A stretch of 27,612 bases of DNA from Prorocentrum cordatum (GCA_963575745.1 CAUYUJ010000114.1:1488001-1515612); one strand, 5' to 3'; positions 1-12,082 are shown, numbered from the stretch's first letter. Made by a program: numbers and translations. Notes: generated by a model from the letters alone, not told the origin.

Positions 1-33
1 TGATAATAATAATAATAATAATAATAATAATCA
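1..33. repeat. (TAA)n microsatellite, truncated by window start
   Basis: tgataataataataat... read directly. Confidence 0.9.
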
Positions 34-1597
34 TATTAAGAAAGAGAAGAAGAAGGAGAAGGAGGAAGAAAAAAACAAAAACAACTATATTTTTTGGCGA
101 CGAAAACGCCGAACGGACTCCGCCGTCGTGTCGGCCACCCGCAAATGGCAGCAGGGGGAGAAGGGAAAGTTTGCACGGGCCTTGCGAACGCATGGAAAAT
201 GACCCCCGCCCCCCACACGAAGAACTTTATAAGAATGGGACCGTCAAACGACGCGTGCACTGCAAGCAGAAACAGCCCGACGGCTAGCCAATGACAACGC
301 CGCGCAATTCAATGCTGACGGCGCGCTGCTGCTATGCTCGCTGGCGCTTGACGAACTTGGCGTTGCTTTGCGCTGGCGCGCTTTCAATGCCCAAAATGAT
401 TGTGCACGTTCGCGCGCTCGTGCCAGGGCAAAAACCATGGGCGCGTCGGCTCTTGGCGGCGTTGGCAAGAGCCCAGGACGGCGCCCGGGGCCCGCCCCGC
501 AGGAACGCGCATCGAAAAGTTCATGCCCACCCCAACAGCAAAGCTCAAGCACCAGGCGGCAAAAGCGTATATAAACTCGATGTAAAATCGATCTAAACTT
601 CTCCGAAGCGAAAAATCTCGCGCGGGAAGGCCCTGGAAAGTCCATATAGGCAACAAAAATGTTGGTATAAACGCCCAAAAAGCTTTCTATTGGAACAGCT
701 GCCTCAAGCAAGAGAACCGCTCCCGATCTAAATTTTTCCGTCGGCGGGTTACGAGGGGGCGACGGAGGCGGGGGCGGGGGCCCGCGGCTGGGCCGGCGGC
801 GCTGCCGTGCGAGGGACAGCGCCGCCGTCGCCTCAAAGTGCATGGCTCGGCCGTGGCACGCGCGGCCCTGGGAATGCCAGCGCGGGCGCGGCCGCGACGG
901 GTGGGCCCAGCACGTCGCCGCGCGCGCGGGCCCTCCGTTTCGGCAGCTGCCAAAGGCCTCGCCGAAAGGGCGCCTACACTTACGCACATTCGCCATACAT
1001 GCAAAACGCGGACACGAAACATCCATACTTGCGGGGGCTGGGCTCGGCTTGTCGCTGCTCACCTTGCATCTATCGACCTAGGGCCGGCGCCTTCTAAGAA
1101 GCAGCCTCCTCCTGAAAAGCCTCCCCCCATCCCCCTACCCACGCGTTCGCGCCGCCAGGGAGGAGGGCGCGGCGCTACGGCGGGAACGACATTTTGAAAA
1201 CGGACCGCCCTCATTCCTTGAAGCTCTTGCAGACTTCGCAGACGAGTGTGCGAGGCGCTACGGCGACAGCCACTCTTTGAAAAAACGTGCCGCGTTAAGT
1301 TGTCGCACATGGTGAGTTTCAGCATCAGAAGTGGCGAGGAAGTCTCAGACAGTCGTAATGGCCGCCGCCCTGTGCGCAACGCCAATCATGATTACCGCAC
1401 GGCCCAGCATGCCGCGGCGGCGGCCGCGGCGGCGCGCGGAGCAGACGCTCCCGGCGCGCAGATCCCAGCGGCAGGATGCCGCGCGCGGCGGGAGCATGCC
1501 GGAGGCGGCAAGAGCTGCAGCAGCGGGAGGCGGCAGGAGCGGGAGGCGGCAGGAGCAGCAGGAGCTGGCGACAGCAGAAGCGAAGGTTGGTAGATCG

Positions 1598-2420
1598 CTC
1601 CTCCTCCTCCTCCTCCTCCTCCTCCTCCTCCTCCTCCTCCTCCTCCTTCCTCCTCCTCCTCCTCCTCCTCCTCCCCCTCCTCCTCCTCCTCCTCCTCCTC
1701 TCGCCTCCTCCCCGCCTCCTCCGCCACCTCCTGCTCCGCCTCCTCCTCCTCCGCCTCCACCTCCTCCTCCTCCTCTCCACTTCCTCCTCCTCCTCCTCCT
1801 CGCCCTCCTCCTCCTCCCCCTCCTGCTTCTCCTCCTCCTCTTGTTCTTCGTCTTGTGTTTATTCCTCTTATTGTTATTCCTCCTCATCCTCTTCTTATTA
1901 TTATTCTTAGTATGCTTCGTATTATTCGTCTTAGTAATATGATTCGCATTCTTATTCTTATTATTATTAGTATTAATAGTATTATTAGTTGTAGTATTAC
2001 TATTATTATTAGTATTATTAATACTACTATTAATATTAGTAGTAGTAGTATTAGTATTACTCGTAGTACTAGTGTTATTGGTAGTGTTTTTATTATGATT
2101 AATTTTAGTAGTATTAATGTTATTAATATTATTCGTCTTCTTCTTCATCTTAGTAGTATTGTTATTACTATTGTTAGTAGTATTCCTCCTCCTCCTCCTT
2201 CTCCACCTCCTCCTCCTCCTCCTCCTCCTCCTCCTCCTCCTCCTCCTCCCCCTCCTCTTCTTCCTCNNNNNNNNNNNNNNNNNNNNNNNNNNNNNNNNNN
2301 NNNNNNNNNNNNNNNNNNNNNNNNNNNNNNNNNNNNNNNNNNNNNNNNNNNNNNNNNNNNNNNNNNCTCCTCCTCCTCCTCCTCCTCCTCCTCCTCCTCC
2401 GCCTCCTCCTCCTCCTCCCC
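1598..2420. repeat. Compound microsatellite: (CCT)n ~1598-1840, degenerate (TAT/TAG)n ~1860-2184, (CCT)n 2185-2420, spanning the assembly gap
   Basis: Read directly; produces the poly-P/L/S/G/E ORFs in the six-frame track. Confidence 0.95.
2267..2366. other. Assembly gap (100 N)
   Basis: Run of 100 N inside a (CCT)n tract. Confidence 1.
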
Positions 2421-2615
2421 CGCCTGGCTCAAATCCTGATCACACCGCTGGAGGTGCAGGACGACAGCACTGCCGCCCAGGGAAGGCCCTGGGCGCTGGG
2501 GCTCGAGCAGCCCCCATCGCGGCCTTTTCGGCACCACGATCACGAAGCCTGCTTTCGCTACCTTGTGCGCTCGCATCGCCTGGTCCGCCCCAGTCACAGT
2601 TAGCCACGCGGCGTG

Positions 2616-3546
2616 ATGGCGTTCCTGTGTGGCGCCCTACTGAGTGCGGCCCAAACGTCGTCGCGCAGCGCCTGCCGCCGCGCCAGAGCTCGCGCAACCC
2701 ATGCGCGCAAGCTCCAGGAGGCCAACGGCCGACTGGCTGGCCTTCTTGCGGCAGGCCCCCCACCTGGACTCGTGACGCAGCTGCCCATCGCGTCGGGCAT
2801 GCTGTACCACGAACTCGAGGAGAATTTCTGGACGCCCACTGCCATGCTGGTCTCTGACATGGAGGCCAACGAGCTGGTCACCTACGGCGAGGGCCTCACG
2901 AACAAGCTGCTGCGGATCCTTTCGCCGCAGCGCGTGGAAGACACGGAGCAGTATGCCGCCGCCGTGCCTGGAGTCATCGATGTCTCGAACGCCGAGCATA
3001 TCGAGAAGGCCGTGGCCGAGAAGCCGCACGACGGCTTCGACATCCAGGCTGTGGACCCAGAGCATCCACAGGGCACGGAGCCCTTCGATGTGGAGGGAGA
3101 CGACGGCGATGACATCAAGAAGTCTGCGGACGAGCAGGTGATGCACTTCGCCGCGGAGCGGGCTGCGGAGCCGCCCAACCAGGAGGCGATTGCGTCGGAA
3201 GCGACCCACGAGGGCCCTGTGCAGATCGAGCAGGCTGTGCTGGAGAAGCTGCACGACGGCTTCAGCAGCCAGGCGGAGGTCCAGGAGCAGTTCCTGGGCA
3301 CGGAGCCTTTCGATGAGGCGGCCCCATCACAACGACGCCATAGAGGTCAATTCCGAGGTGGTCCAGGAGCAATTCGACACCACTAGCTGGAAGTACCGCG
3401 CTGGAGAAAACCGGCTGTCCTTCGGCAATCAGAGCGCGGAGATAGAGAAAGCATGTGTTCAGTTCGTTGAAGGAGAAGGCGACCGACATTACAACACGAA
3501 GATTGATAGTTGCACGCCTGTCCGACTAGACTTTGTCTGTTTCTGA
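2616..3546 (+). pseudogene. Intronless acidic hypothetical protein (~309 aa if repaired) with a 75-aa internal repeat and one +1 frameshift; possible retrocopy
   Basis: ATG 2616, GC3-rich codons. Repeat IEKAVAEKPHDGF...GTEPFD (3000) / IEQAVLEKLHDGF...GTEPFD (3225). Removing one C from CCCC 3322-3325 joins it to the frame ending TGA 3544-3546, which contains VQEQF matching the upstream repeat. Confidence 0.6.
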
Positions 3547-3749
3547 TGAAGCCACGCTATACAAATGAGATCGGAGGTGAGGGGGTGAGACCGAAGTGGA
3601 ACGGAGAGCCCCCCTACCGGGAAATCGGTTTCGGTTTCGTGTTCGTGCGTGCCGTGCGTGCGGGTGAGGCGAAGCTGCGTGGGCGGGCGAGAAATAAGTC
3701 TCCTGTAGCTGAGGCGCGGCCGGAGCAAAAGAACCTTGACCGGGCGGCC

Positions 3750-4080
3750 GGTGCCCCGCGGTGTCCCGCCGGTGTCCCGCTCGGGGGCCGGTGGCGCGCG
3801 GTGTCCCGCTGGTGTCCCGCCAGTGTCCCGTCGGTGTCCCGATGATGATGATGATCATGATGATGTTGATGATGTTGATGATGATGATGGTGGTGATGGT
3901 GGTGATGATGATGGTGTCCCGATGATGATGACGATGATGCTGATGATGCTGATGATGATGATGTTGACGATGTTGTTGATGATGATGATGACGATGATGA
4001 TGGTGATGGTGGTGGTGATGATGGTGTCCCGATGATGCTGTTGATGATGATAATGTTGCTGATGCTGATGATGGTGCCCC

Positions 4081-4116
<36 letters not shown>

Positions 4117-4165
4117 AATCCTGATGATGTTGATGATGATCAGATGATTTGATGAGGATGATGAA

Positions 4166-4223
<58 letters not shown>

Positions 4224-4544
4224 GTGTCCCGATTGTGATGATGATGAGGTTGATAATGATGATGTTGATGATGATGGTGATGATGATGGTGTCCCGATGA
4301 TGATGATGACGATGATGGTGTCCCGATGATGATGTTGATGATGAGGATGATGATGAGGTGATGCTGATGGTTTTGATGAAAGTGGCCCAATGATGGTGAT
4401 GATGCTGATGTTGATGATGATGGTGTCCCGATGATGCTGATGATGATGATGATGATAATGATGATGATGATGGTGACGATGATGATGGTGGTCCCATGAT
4501 GATGATGTTGATGATGATGTTGCTAATGATGATGATGGTGTCCC

Positions 4545-4601
<57 letters not shown>

Positions 4602-4890
4602 GAGGATAATGGTGATGTTGTTGTTGATGTTGTTCATGATCATGATGATGAGATGGATGGTGGTGTTCCGATGCTGATGATGGTGCCCCGATAATTATGA
4701 TGCTGATGCTGATGATGGTGACGATGATGGTGTCCCGATGATGATGATGGTGATGCTGATGTTGATGATGATGGTGATGAGGTGATGATGATGATGATGA
4801 TGATGGTGTCTCGATGCTGCTGCTGCTGATGATGATGATGTTGATGACGTTGATGACGATTATGTTGTTGATGATGGTGATGATGACGTT
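3750..4890 (+). repeat. GGTGTCCCG motif array running into a degenerate (GAT)n microsatellite punctuated by the same motif
   Basis: 7 motif copies at 3750-3840, mostly 10-11 bp apart, then ~14 copies embedded in (GAT)n. Confidence 0.9.
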
Positions 4891-5133
4891 GATTGTGATA
4901 TCGATTGTGATATCGATCGTGAGATCGATAGTTAGACCGAATGTGAGATCGACTGTGATATCGATAGTGAGATCGATAGTGAGATCGATTGTGAGATCGA
5001 TAGTCAGATTGATTGTGAGATCGATCGAATGAAATAGAGCGATCGATTGTGAGATGGATCGAGTGAGATCGATCGAGCGAGACCGATAGTGAGATCGATA
5101 GTGAGATCGATAGTGAGACCGATCGAGTGAGAC
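4891..5133. repeat. 12-bp minisatellite GTGAGATCGAT(A/T)
   Basis: Roughly 20 degenerate units with a palindromic ATCGAT core. Confidence 0.9.
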
Positions 5134-5687
5134 GTTGGTTCCTCCCCCCCCCGAACCTCCTTATCACCCGAAGGGTGGTCGTATAGGTAGTTATTGTTGT
5201 ATGCCGCTGCTGTAAGAACATAATATGGTCGTCATTTGTTCAGTGCTCGCTGCATACTGTGTCTGTGCATTTCTGTTGTGTCCTGTTTCGCAGGTGACAG
5301 GCAAGTCTTCGGAAACCTTCCTTGAGAAGGAGCGGATTTCTGTGCCGCCAGCAGGTCGACGAGCCAGGCATACCCCTGGTGCTTCCCTGCGCAGGAGAGC
5401 GGCTGAGGTTACGCCCTTCGCCCAATTCGATTCGATATCGACCGTATCCCGTTTCTCACTGATCTATGCGTGTATGGGATAGATCTTGACAGACAGCAAG
5501 ATCAGGTAGTTGAGCCATTCTCTGGTGCTTCCCTGGTCAGTAGCGGAGTGTCTGAATGGCCCCTGAGGGTCATCGGATTTCTGCCGTGCCGCGGGCGCAG
5601 CTGCTCAGAGAGGCAGCCCAAGCCAGGCAGAGGCCGCCCCGCCCTAGAGGACAGGTGGCCCGAACTCATCATCCGACTGCTTGCTGG

Positions 5688-5980
5688 TCCTCCTCCCCCC
5701 CCTCCTCCTCCTCCTCCTCCTCCTCTCCTCCTCCTCCTCCTCCTCTTCCTCCTCCTCCTCTCCTTCCTGCTCCTCCTCTCCTCTCCTCCTCCTCCTTCCT
5801 CCCTCCTCTCCTCCTCCTCCTCTCCTTTCCTCCTCCTTCCTCCTCCTTCCCCCTCTTCCTCCTCCTCCCTCCTCCTCCTCCTCCTCCTCCTCCTCCTCCT
5901 CCTCCTCCTCCTCCTCCTCCTCTTCCTCCTCCTCCTCCTCCTCCTTCCCCCTCCTCCTCCTCCTCCTCCTCCTCCTTCCC
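5688..5980. repeat. (CCT)n microsatellite
   Basis: Read directly. Confidence 0.95.
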
Positions 5981-6038
5981 CTCGCTCGTCCCCCCTGGGG
6001 GCGGGTGGGAGGGGTCTTCGACTTCCGGGGGCGCTGGC

Positions 6039-6128
6039 CTCGGGCTCCCCCTGCAGCGTCTGCTCGAAGTCGTCCTCGTAGTCGTCCGCGGGCGACGCGG
6101 GCGACGGGCGGGCCGGCGGCGACGGGGC
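6039..6128 (-). CDS. Candidate exon of a Pro/Ala-rich host gene (APSPPARPSPASPADDYEDDFEQTLQGEPE)
   Basis: ggcAG|G acceptor, GAG|GC donor, 90 nt, phase 0-0; shares ADDYxDDFExTxQG with exon 11769-11888. Confidence 0.55.
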
Positions 6129-6177
6129 CTGCCAAGCGGACTGACCTCGTCGTCATCCTCGCCCTCGTCGTCCTGGT

Positions 6178-6302
6178 CCTCCTCCTCCTCCTCCTCCTCC
6201 TCTCCTCCTCCTCCTCCTCCTCCTCCTCCCTCCTCTTCCTCCTGTGCCTCCTCCTCCTCCTCCTCCTCCTCCTCCTCCTCCTCCTCCTCCTCCTCCTCCT
6301 CC
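6178..6302. repeat. (CCT)n microsatellite
   Basis: Read directly. Confidence 0.95.
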
Positions 6303-6407
6303 ACGCCCGTCTCCTCTTCGTCCTGATCCTACCTTTGCCGCGCACTGACGTCAACATTGTTGGTGGCAGGCCCGCCACACACACCTCCGAGCCCCGGCCC
6401 GATCAGT

Positions 6408-6550
6408 ATCATCAACACGACCACCACCACCAGCATCATCGTCATCATTATCAGCAGCATCATCGTCATCATTATCAGCAGCATCATCATCATCGTCACC
6501 ATCAGCATCATCATCAGCATCATCGACATCAGCATCAGCAGCAGCAGCAG

Positions 6551-6621
<71 letters not shown>

Positions 6622-6667
6622 ACATCAGCAGCATCATCAGCAGCATCATCAGCATCGTCATCATCAT

Positions 6668-6698
<31 letters not shown>

Positions 6699-7121
6699 AG
6701 CAGCATCAGCATCATCAGCAGCATCCGCATCAGCATCATCCTCACCGTCATCTTCATCTTCATCATCATCATCATCGTCATCATCATCATCATCATCATT
6801 ATCATCATCATCATCAGCAGCAGCAGCATCATCAGCAGCAGCATCAGCCTCATCAGCATCAGCATCATCAGAATCATCAGCATCCTCATGATCAGCATCG
6901 TCACCAGCATCATCATCCGCATCATCATCATCAACATCATTATCGTCATCGTCATCAGCATCGTCGTCATCATGAGCACATCATCCTTACCAGCATCAAC
7001 ATCATATCATCAGCAGCATCACCATTGGATTCATCAGCATCAGCATCATTAGCATCAACAACATCGGCATCAGCATCAGCAGCATCATCAACGTGACCAT
7101 CATCATGATCATTAGCATCCG

Positions 7122-7191
<70 letters not shown>

Positions 7192-7800
7192 TTCACCGTC
7201 ATCATCAACATCAGCAGCAGCATCTTTAGGAGCAGCAGCATCATTTGCATCATCATCGTCCTCATAATCAGCATCATCATCAGCACCATTCGTCGGCGTC
7301 GTCACCACCAAATTCATCACCACCATCATCACCAGCGTCACCAGCATCCTGCTCATCATCAGCATCATCATCAGCATCATCCTCAGCATCATAATCAGCA
7401 TCAGCATCAGCATCGTCATTAGCAGCATCGTCATCGTCGCAGTCGTCATCGGCATCGGCATCGGCATCACCAGCATCAGCAACAGCATCATCAGCATCAT
7501 TATCATCATCAGCAGCATCGTCGACATCGTCATCATCAGCATCATCATCATCAGCATCATCATCATCCCCATCCCCACGCTCGTACACACACACTCCCAC
7601 TCAGACTCGTACTCGAAAGCATACTCATATACTCATATACTCAGATTCCTGCTCCTCTTCGCCCTCATCCTCCTCTTCCTAGTCAGCAGCATTTGCATCA
7701 ACACCACCCTTGGCTGTATCGACACCCTCATCTTCTTCAACAGAAATATCCGCATCATCATCGTCACCATCATTGTCATGAACAACACCATGATCTACAA

Positions 7801-7845
<45 letters not shown>

Positions 7846-8068
7846 CATCATCGTCAGCATCACCATCATCGTCATCATCATCAGCATCATCATCATCATC
7901 ATCATCATTCACATCAGCATCTTTTTCAGCATCATCATCATTAGCACCAGCAGCAACATCAGTTTCGCAGGCTTGGTAACAATTGCCGCCATCACCATCA
8001 TAACCATCATCATCACAAACATAAACATCAATACAAACGGCATCGGCATCACCATCGCTATCATGATC
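6408..8068. repeat. Long degenerate (CAT/CAG)n microsatellite, interrupted at ~7570-7680
   Basis: Read directly; gives poly-H/I/S and poly-D/M ORFs. Confidence 0.95.
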
Positions 8069-8280
8069 ACGCGCGCACCCGTGATTTTCCTTTTTCCCGC
8101 ACCCTCCGTCATCTCCTGCTTCTCCGCTCCGTCCTCCTGTTCCTCACTCCTGATCCACATCTTTATGTTATTCCTCATGAGTTGTCCTCTTCCTCCTTCT
8201 CACCGACATCCATGGAGGCCTGGCATTCTTGCTGCAGCAAGCCAGTTGGGAGAGAGCGCGCCCACAGGGCCCGAGCAAAG

Positions 8281-8770
8281 GGGAGGGGGGGCTAGGCTTA
8301 AGCTACCCCCCCCCCTCCCTTGAGCCGCCCTCGTTGGAAGCACCCCCCCCCCCCTCCTCCCATTTTTTTTTGCAAAAAGGGGGGGTGGGGGGGGGTACAG
8401 CTACCCCCCCCCCCTCCCCCCTTGGGCCCTCCCCAGAAGCTACCCCCCCCCCTTTCCAAAGGGGGGGGGGTGCTTAAGCTACCCCCCCCCCCTCCCTTGG
8501 CGCTGCCCTGCTGGAAGCTACCCCCACCCCTCCCCCCCTTTCGTGCAAAGGGGGGGGGGGTGCTTGGAAGCTACCCCCCCCCCTTTGGCCGCCCCGGAAG
8601 TACCCCCCCACCACCCGCCCCCCTTTCAAAAAAGGAAGGGGGTGCTTAAGCTCTACCCCCCCCCCCCTCCCTTGGAGCCGCCCTTTGTGCCAAAGGGGGG
8701 GGGGCTTGGACCCCCCTCCCTTCCCCCCTTTGGCCGCCCAGCCCCCCAGAGCCCCCGCCCCCCCTTTCGC
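8281..8770 (+). repeat. G-run/C-run minisatellite (Gn-TGCTT[GG]AAGCTA-Cn)
   Basis: About 9 copies of AAGCTACCCCC-like cores alternating with G runs. Confidence 0.85.
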
Positions 8771-9399
8771 CGACGATCCAAAATCAACAATCCACGATCG
8801 AGGATGGACGAACGACGATCATCGATCGACGATCGAAAATCCCAATCGGGAGCTTTTGGATCTGTTCGGCCTCCAGAGGCCCTCAGCGGGCCCCGGGGCC
8901 GCCAAGAAACGACTCAAAATGAAAAACCGATCCCGGGGGCGGTCTCTGGGCGGGGGGCGAAAGTTGAGCGCGCTTGCCGGTGCGAGATTGTCTTTTTGTT
9001 TCTCGGAAGGCGGCCTGCGCCTGTCATTTTCCCCCCCGCGAGCTTCGCCCATGCGGCAGTTTGAAAACCCCTCGACGTCGCTCTGGGTTGGCTTTAAATT
9101 GTGTCTGAAGCGGCCGGGGTCTGGCCGCGCGATCATCGGCAACTTTTCTCTCTAACTACTTCCCTGGGCCACCCAACAAAAAAACGATTCGCATTGGTTT
9201 TTTCCGGGTCGCCAGGCCCCCCCTTCCTCCCGACGCTAGAAATGCTTTGAAACAATACAAAGGAAACGAATCTCTTCACAATCCCAAGGAATGCGCCCCT
9301 GAAGGCAGGTCAAGATGACTCCCCCTGCGCCCAATGCCAGCCCCAAAATGGTCCGAAGACTGGCACAAACTAGCCCAACATGACAGCGTATGGATTAAG

Positions 9400-9880
9400 A
9401 CATCACAAGAAGGCATCGACACGGTCTGCAGGCGGTCCAAGACGACCCAAGAAGGGCCCAAGACGACTCGACACGGGTTCCGAAACGGCCCTAAACGCCC
9501 CGATGACAGCGCAGAGGCTCCGCGAGAGTCCCCCCGCGAGCCCATGGGAAACTCAAATCCTTCCAAAAACAGAAGAAAAAACGTTGAATGATTGCTCCCC
9601 CCGCCGCCTCGTTGACGATGAACCTCTGCGATTCCAACATGGCCCTCAGACGGCCCCACAAAATTCCAAGAGGAACCCCGCGCGCGCCGAGAGGCCCCCA
9701 CGGGGCGTCCAAGAGACCCACGGAATCTCCGAGAGGCTCCCGAGAAGCCTCCACGAAGGCCTTAGAGGACCCCCAGAAGCTCCCAACAGCCAACAGGCTC
9801 CAGAATGGCCCCAGAAAGGGTTCCACGAGCGCCAGAAGACGTCCGCAAGAGCCTCCCAATACGGTCTCTGGAGGCCCCCA
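9400..9880 (+). repeat. Highly degenerate short-period GGCCCCAAGA/GGCTCC-like repeat
   Basis: Recurrent ccaaga, ggcccc, gaggctcc words with purine/C strand skew. Confidence 0.5.
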
Positions 9881-10254
9881 GGAGGGTCAAAGGTTCCAAG
9901 ACTTTCGTCGGGAGGGCGGGGGGGGCCGGCGACCTGTAAAAACACATGATTTTCTCACCCTTTTCAGGTGGCCAGGGGGGGCGTTGGAAAAATATGTTGG
10001 CGCCCACAGGCGGCGCAGCGTGGCGGCTCGCATTGGTGTGGCGAGCAAAACCGCCGTCAGCAATTGCAGTTGGCGCCGCAATCTCTGCGTTCAGCTCCAG
10101 GCGCCCCCTGTAGCACGACAGTAGCACGGCGATCGCCAGCGCGCTGCCCCCCCCTTTCGCCCCCCCTCCCCGCCGGCGAAGCGCAAGTCCGACGCCATTG
10201 CCATACAGTCCTCCTCCCTCCCTCCTCTCACCTCCCCCACACGAGCCAAAGAGG

Positions 10255-10640
10255 AGAGAAGGGGGGGCTTCAAGCCCCCCCCCCCTCTTTTGCACCAAGG
10301 GAGGGAGGGGGGGGAGCTTCCAAAGCCCCCCCCCCCTTCCAAACGGGGGGGTGGCTCACTCCAGCTCCACTGAAAGAAGGGAGGGGGGGGGTAGCTTGGA
10401 AGCCTCCCCCCCCCTTTCCGGCCACGAAAAGAGGGGGAGGGGGGGGTAGCTTCCAAAGCCCCCCCCTTTCAAAGGGGAGGTGGCTCACCCCGGCTCAATT
10501 AAAGTGAAGGAGGGGGGGTAGCTTGGAAGCCCCCCCCCCCTCTCCGGCCACGAAAAGAGGGGGAGGGGGGGGGGGTCCGAAGCCCCCCCCCCTTTAGCAA
10601 GGAAGGGGGGAGTGGGGTAGCTTCAAGCTGGGGCCCCCCT
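10255..10640 (-). repeat. G-run/C-run minisatellite, largely the reverse complement of 8281-8770
   Basis: GGGGGTAGCTTCC/GGGGGTAGCTTGG cores are the reverse complement of (GG)AAGCTACCCCC. Confidence 0.8.
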
Positions 10641-10644
10641 TCTA

Positions 10645-11130
10645 GTCTGTCGGGCCCCACGAGCGCGGTCTATCCCAGTTGGTATTGCTAACATTGTTAA
10701 GCAACAGGTAATTGAGGCTAGACGCGCCATCCCCCAGGCTCAGATCACATACCTTCTTCAGTAAACCTAACTCGACTTCCTCAGCTACAGGCTGACTCGC
10801 GGATTTGGGACCCCAGTTGGTGGCTCGCGTTGACGAACGACCAGCTGGAGACAAACCACATTGCCCAAACAATACTTTCAGCGAAAGTGTATGATTATGG
10901 CGTCCGGTGTTTTGCAGCGCGGGATTCGGCCGTTACAGACCGCGCGGAAGAAGTCGATAGAAACGGCAAGCCTCCAAAGAGAAGCAAAAGGAATCACTTT
11001 CGATTGTTGAAGCACGAAGGCGCACGTAGGCGCTTGAAGCATACCGGGACCTGGGAAACCACAAGTACATGATTTCAACGAACGGCCGCACCTCTGTCGT
11101 CCATGGTGTTGGTTGTGGCATGGGGGGTCG
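10645..11130 (+). pseudogene. Possible highly decayed non-LTR RT fragment
   Basis: Lower-GC unique block. Peptides in different frames (IEARRAIPQAQITY; STNGRTSVVHGVGCG) loosely parallel LDKLQALVPTVSLSV and KTALHPSIGYGTAITG of the LINE in this window; by eye only. Confidence 0.2.
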
Positions 11131-11768
11131 GCAACTACGTACAAATAGGGTCACGCCCACAGGATCCCCTGACATGGACGCGCGGATCTGTTAGTCACTG
11201 GCAGCGCCTCTCCTCTTGTGGTACAGCTCGTGGTGGCCCGGCCCGTTGCCTTGTGTGCGCGACTCCGACCGCAGGTTCCCGCCCCACAGAGTCCCACCCA
11301 TGCGGCAGAGAGTCCTCCTCGACACTACCCACCCTGCCCAGGTCCAGGCTGGATTGACTCTTGCGCGCCCCGCCCGGGTCCAAGTTGGTCTAGCTCTGGC
11401 TCCAAGTCGGGTTAATTATCCTAGCTCGGTATGCCACGCCCCGCCCATTGCCTCCAGGCACGTTCCTCGCGGAGGAGGAGGAGGAACACGACGGCGACGA
11501 GGAAGTGGAGGACGAACGACGACCACAAAGGCGACGACGACGAGAACGAGGTCGATTCCAGGGCAGTGGAGGAGGGTGATGAGTAGGAGGAGCGGGAGGC
11601 AGAGGAGGCCCTCTTGCTAGTGGCATCGGTGCGGCAACAACACCAGACCCTGACCGAGCAAGCCTCGTTTCGTACGGGTCGGCCGAGCAGCAGCCTGACC
11701 CCCACCCCCTGCTGATCCTCAAATCAGCGAATTTGAGCCAGCCCAGGAGGTGTTCCCAACCGCGCTGC

Positions 11769-11888
11769 CTCCGGGGCGGGCAGCGGGGCCGACGGGGCCG
11801 CTGGCGCCGCGGAGGCCGAGACATCCAGCGGGCCCTGCACCGTGTCCTCGAAATCGTCCGGGTAGTCGTCCGCGTCGGCGCCGGGGGC
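11769..11888 (-). CDS. Candidate exon (APGADADDYPDDFEDTVQGPLDVSASAAPAAPSAPLPAPE)
   Basis: tcgAG|G acceptor, GAG|GC donor, 120 nt, phase 0-0, GC3-rich; motif shared with 6039-6128. Confidence 0.6.
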
Positions 11889-11979
11889 CTCGAGTCCCAA
11901 ACCCCCGACGCCATGACGTTTGCCACAATGTGGATCCCAGGAGGTTTCGACCCGTTCCCTGGGACCAGCCCTCACTCTT

Positions 11980-12082
11980 CCTTGACCTTCCAGAGTGCAG
12001 AAAAGAAACCTCCTGAAACCTCAACAGGAATTGAGATGTCGAGGTCATGGTGCTATTTTTGAGCCCTCCTGGAAGGTCAGGG
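11980..12082 (+). mobile_element. MITE family G, copy 1 (CC[C/T]TGACCTTCCAG TIR, 2-bp TSD TT)
   Basis: ccttgaccttccag...ctggaaggtcaggg flanked by tt/tt; homologous to 12911-13041. Confidence 0.75.

Noticed and set aside
300..345. Similarity to the reverse complement of ~10040-10075 (tgctgacggcg)
   Set aside because: An 11-nt exact match is expected by chance in a GC-rich window of this size
1440..1590. Possible plus-strand exon (RRQEQQELATAEAK|GT) with three ggaggcggca.gagc repeats
   Set aside because: The repeats fall in inconsistent frames and there are no partner exons
3750..4815. CRISPR interpretation of the GGTGTCCCG array
   Set aside because: The repeat is only 8-9 bp and the spacers are variable-length microsatellite
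5265..5400. Pyrimidine tract plus CAG|G resembling a plus-strand acceptor at ~5293
   Set aside because: No convincing coding signal or linked exons
1325..8323. Many long ORFs of poly-P/S/L/H/I/D/M/E/G
   Set aside because: They are translations of stop-free trinucleotide microsatellites open in several frames
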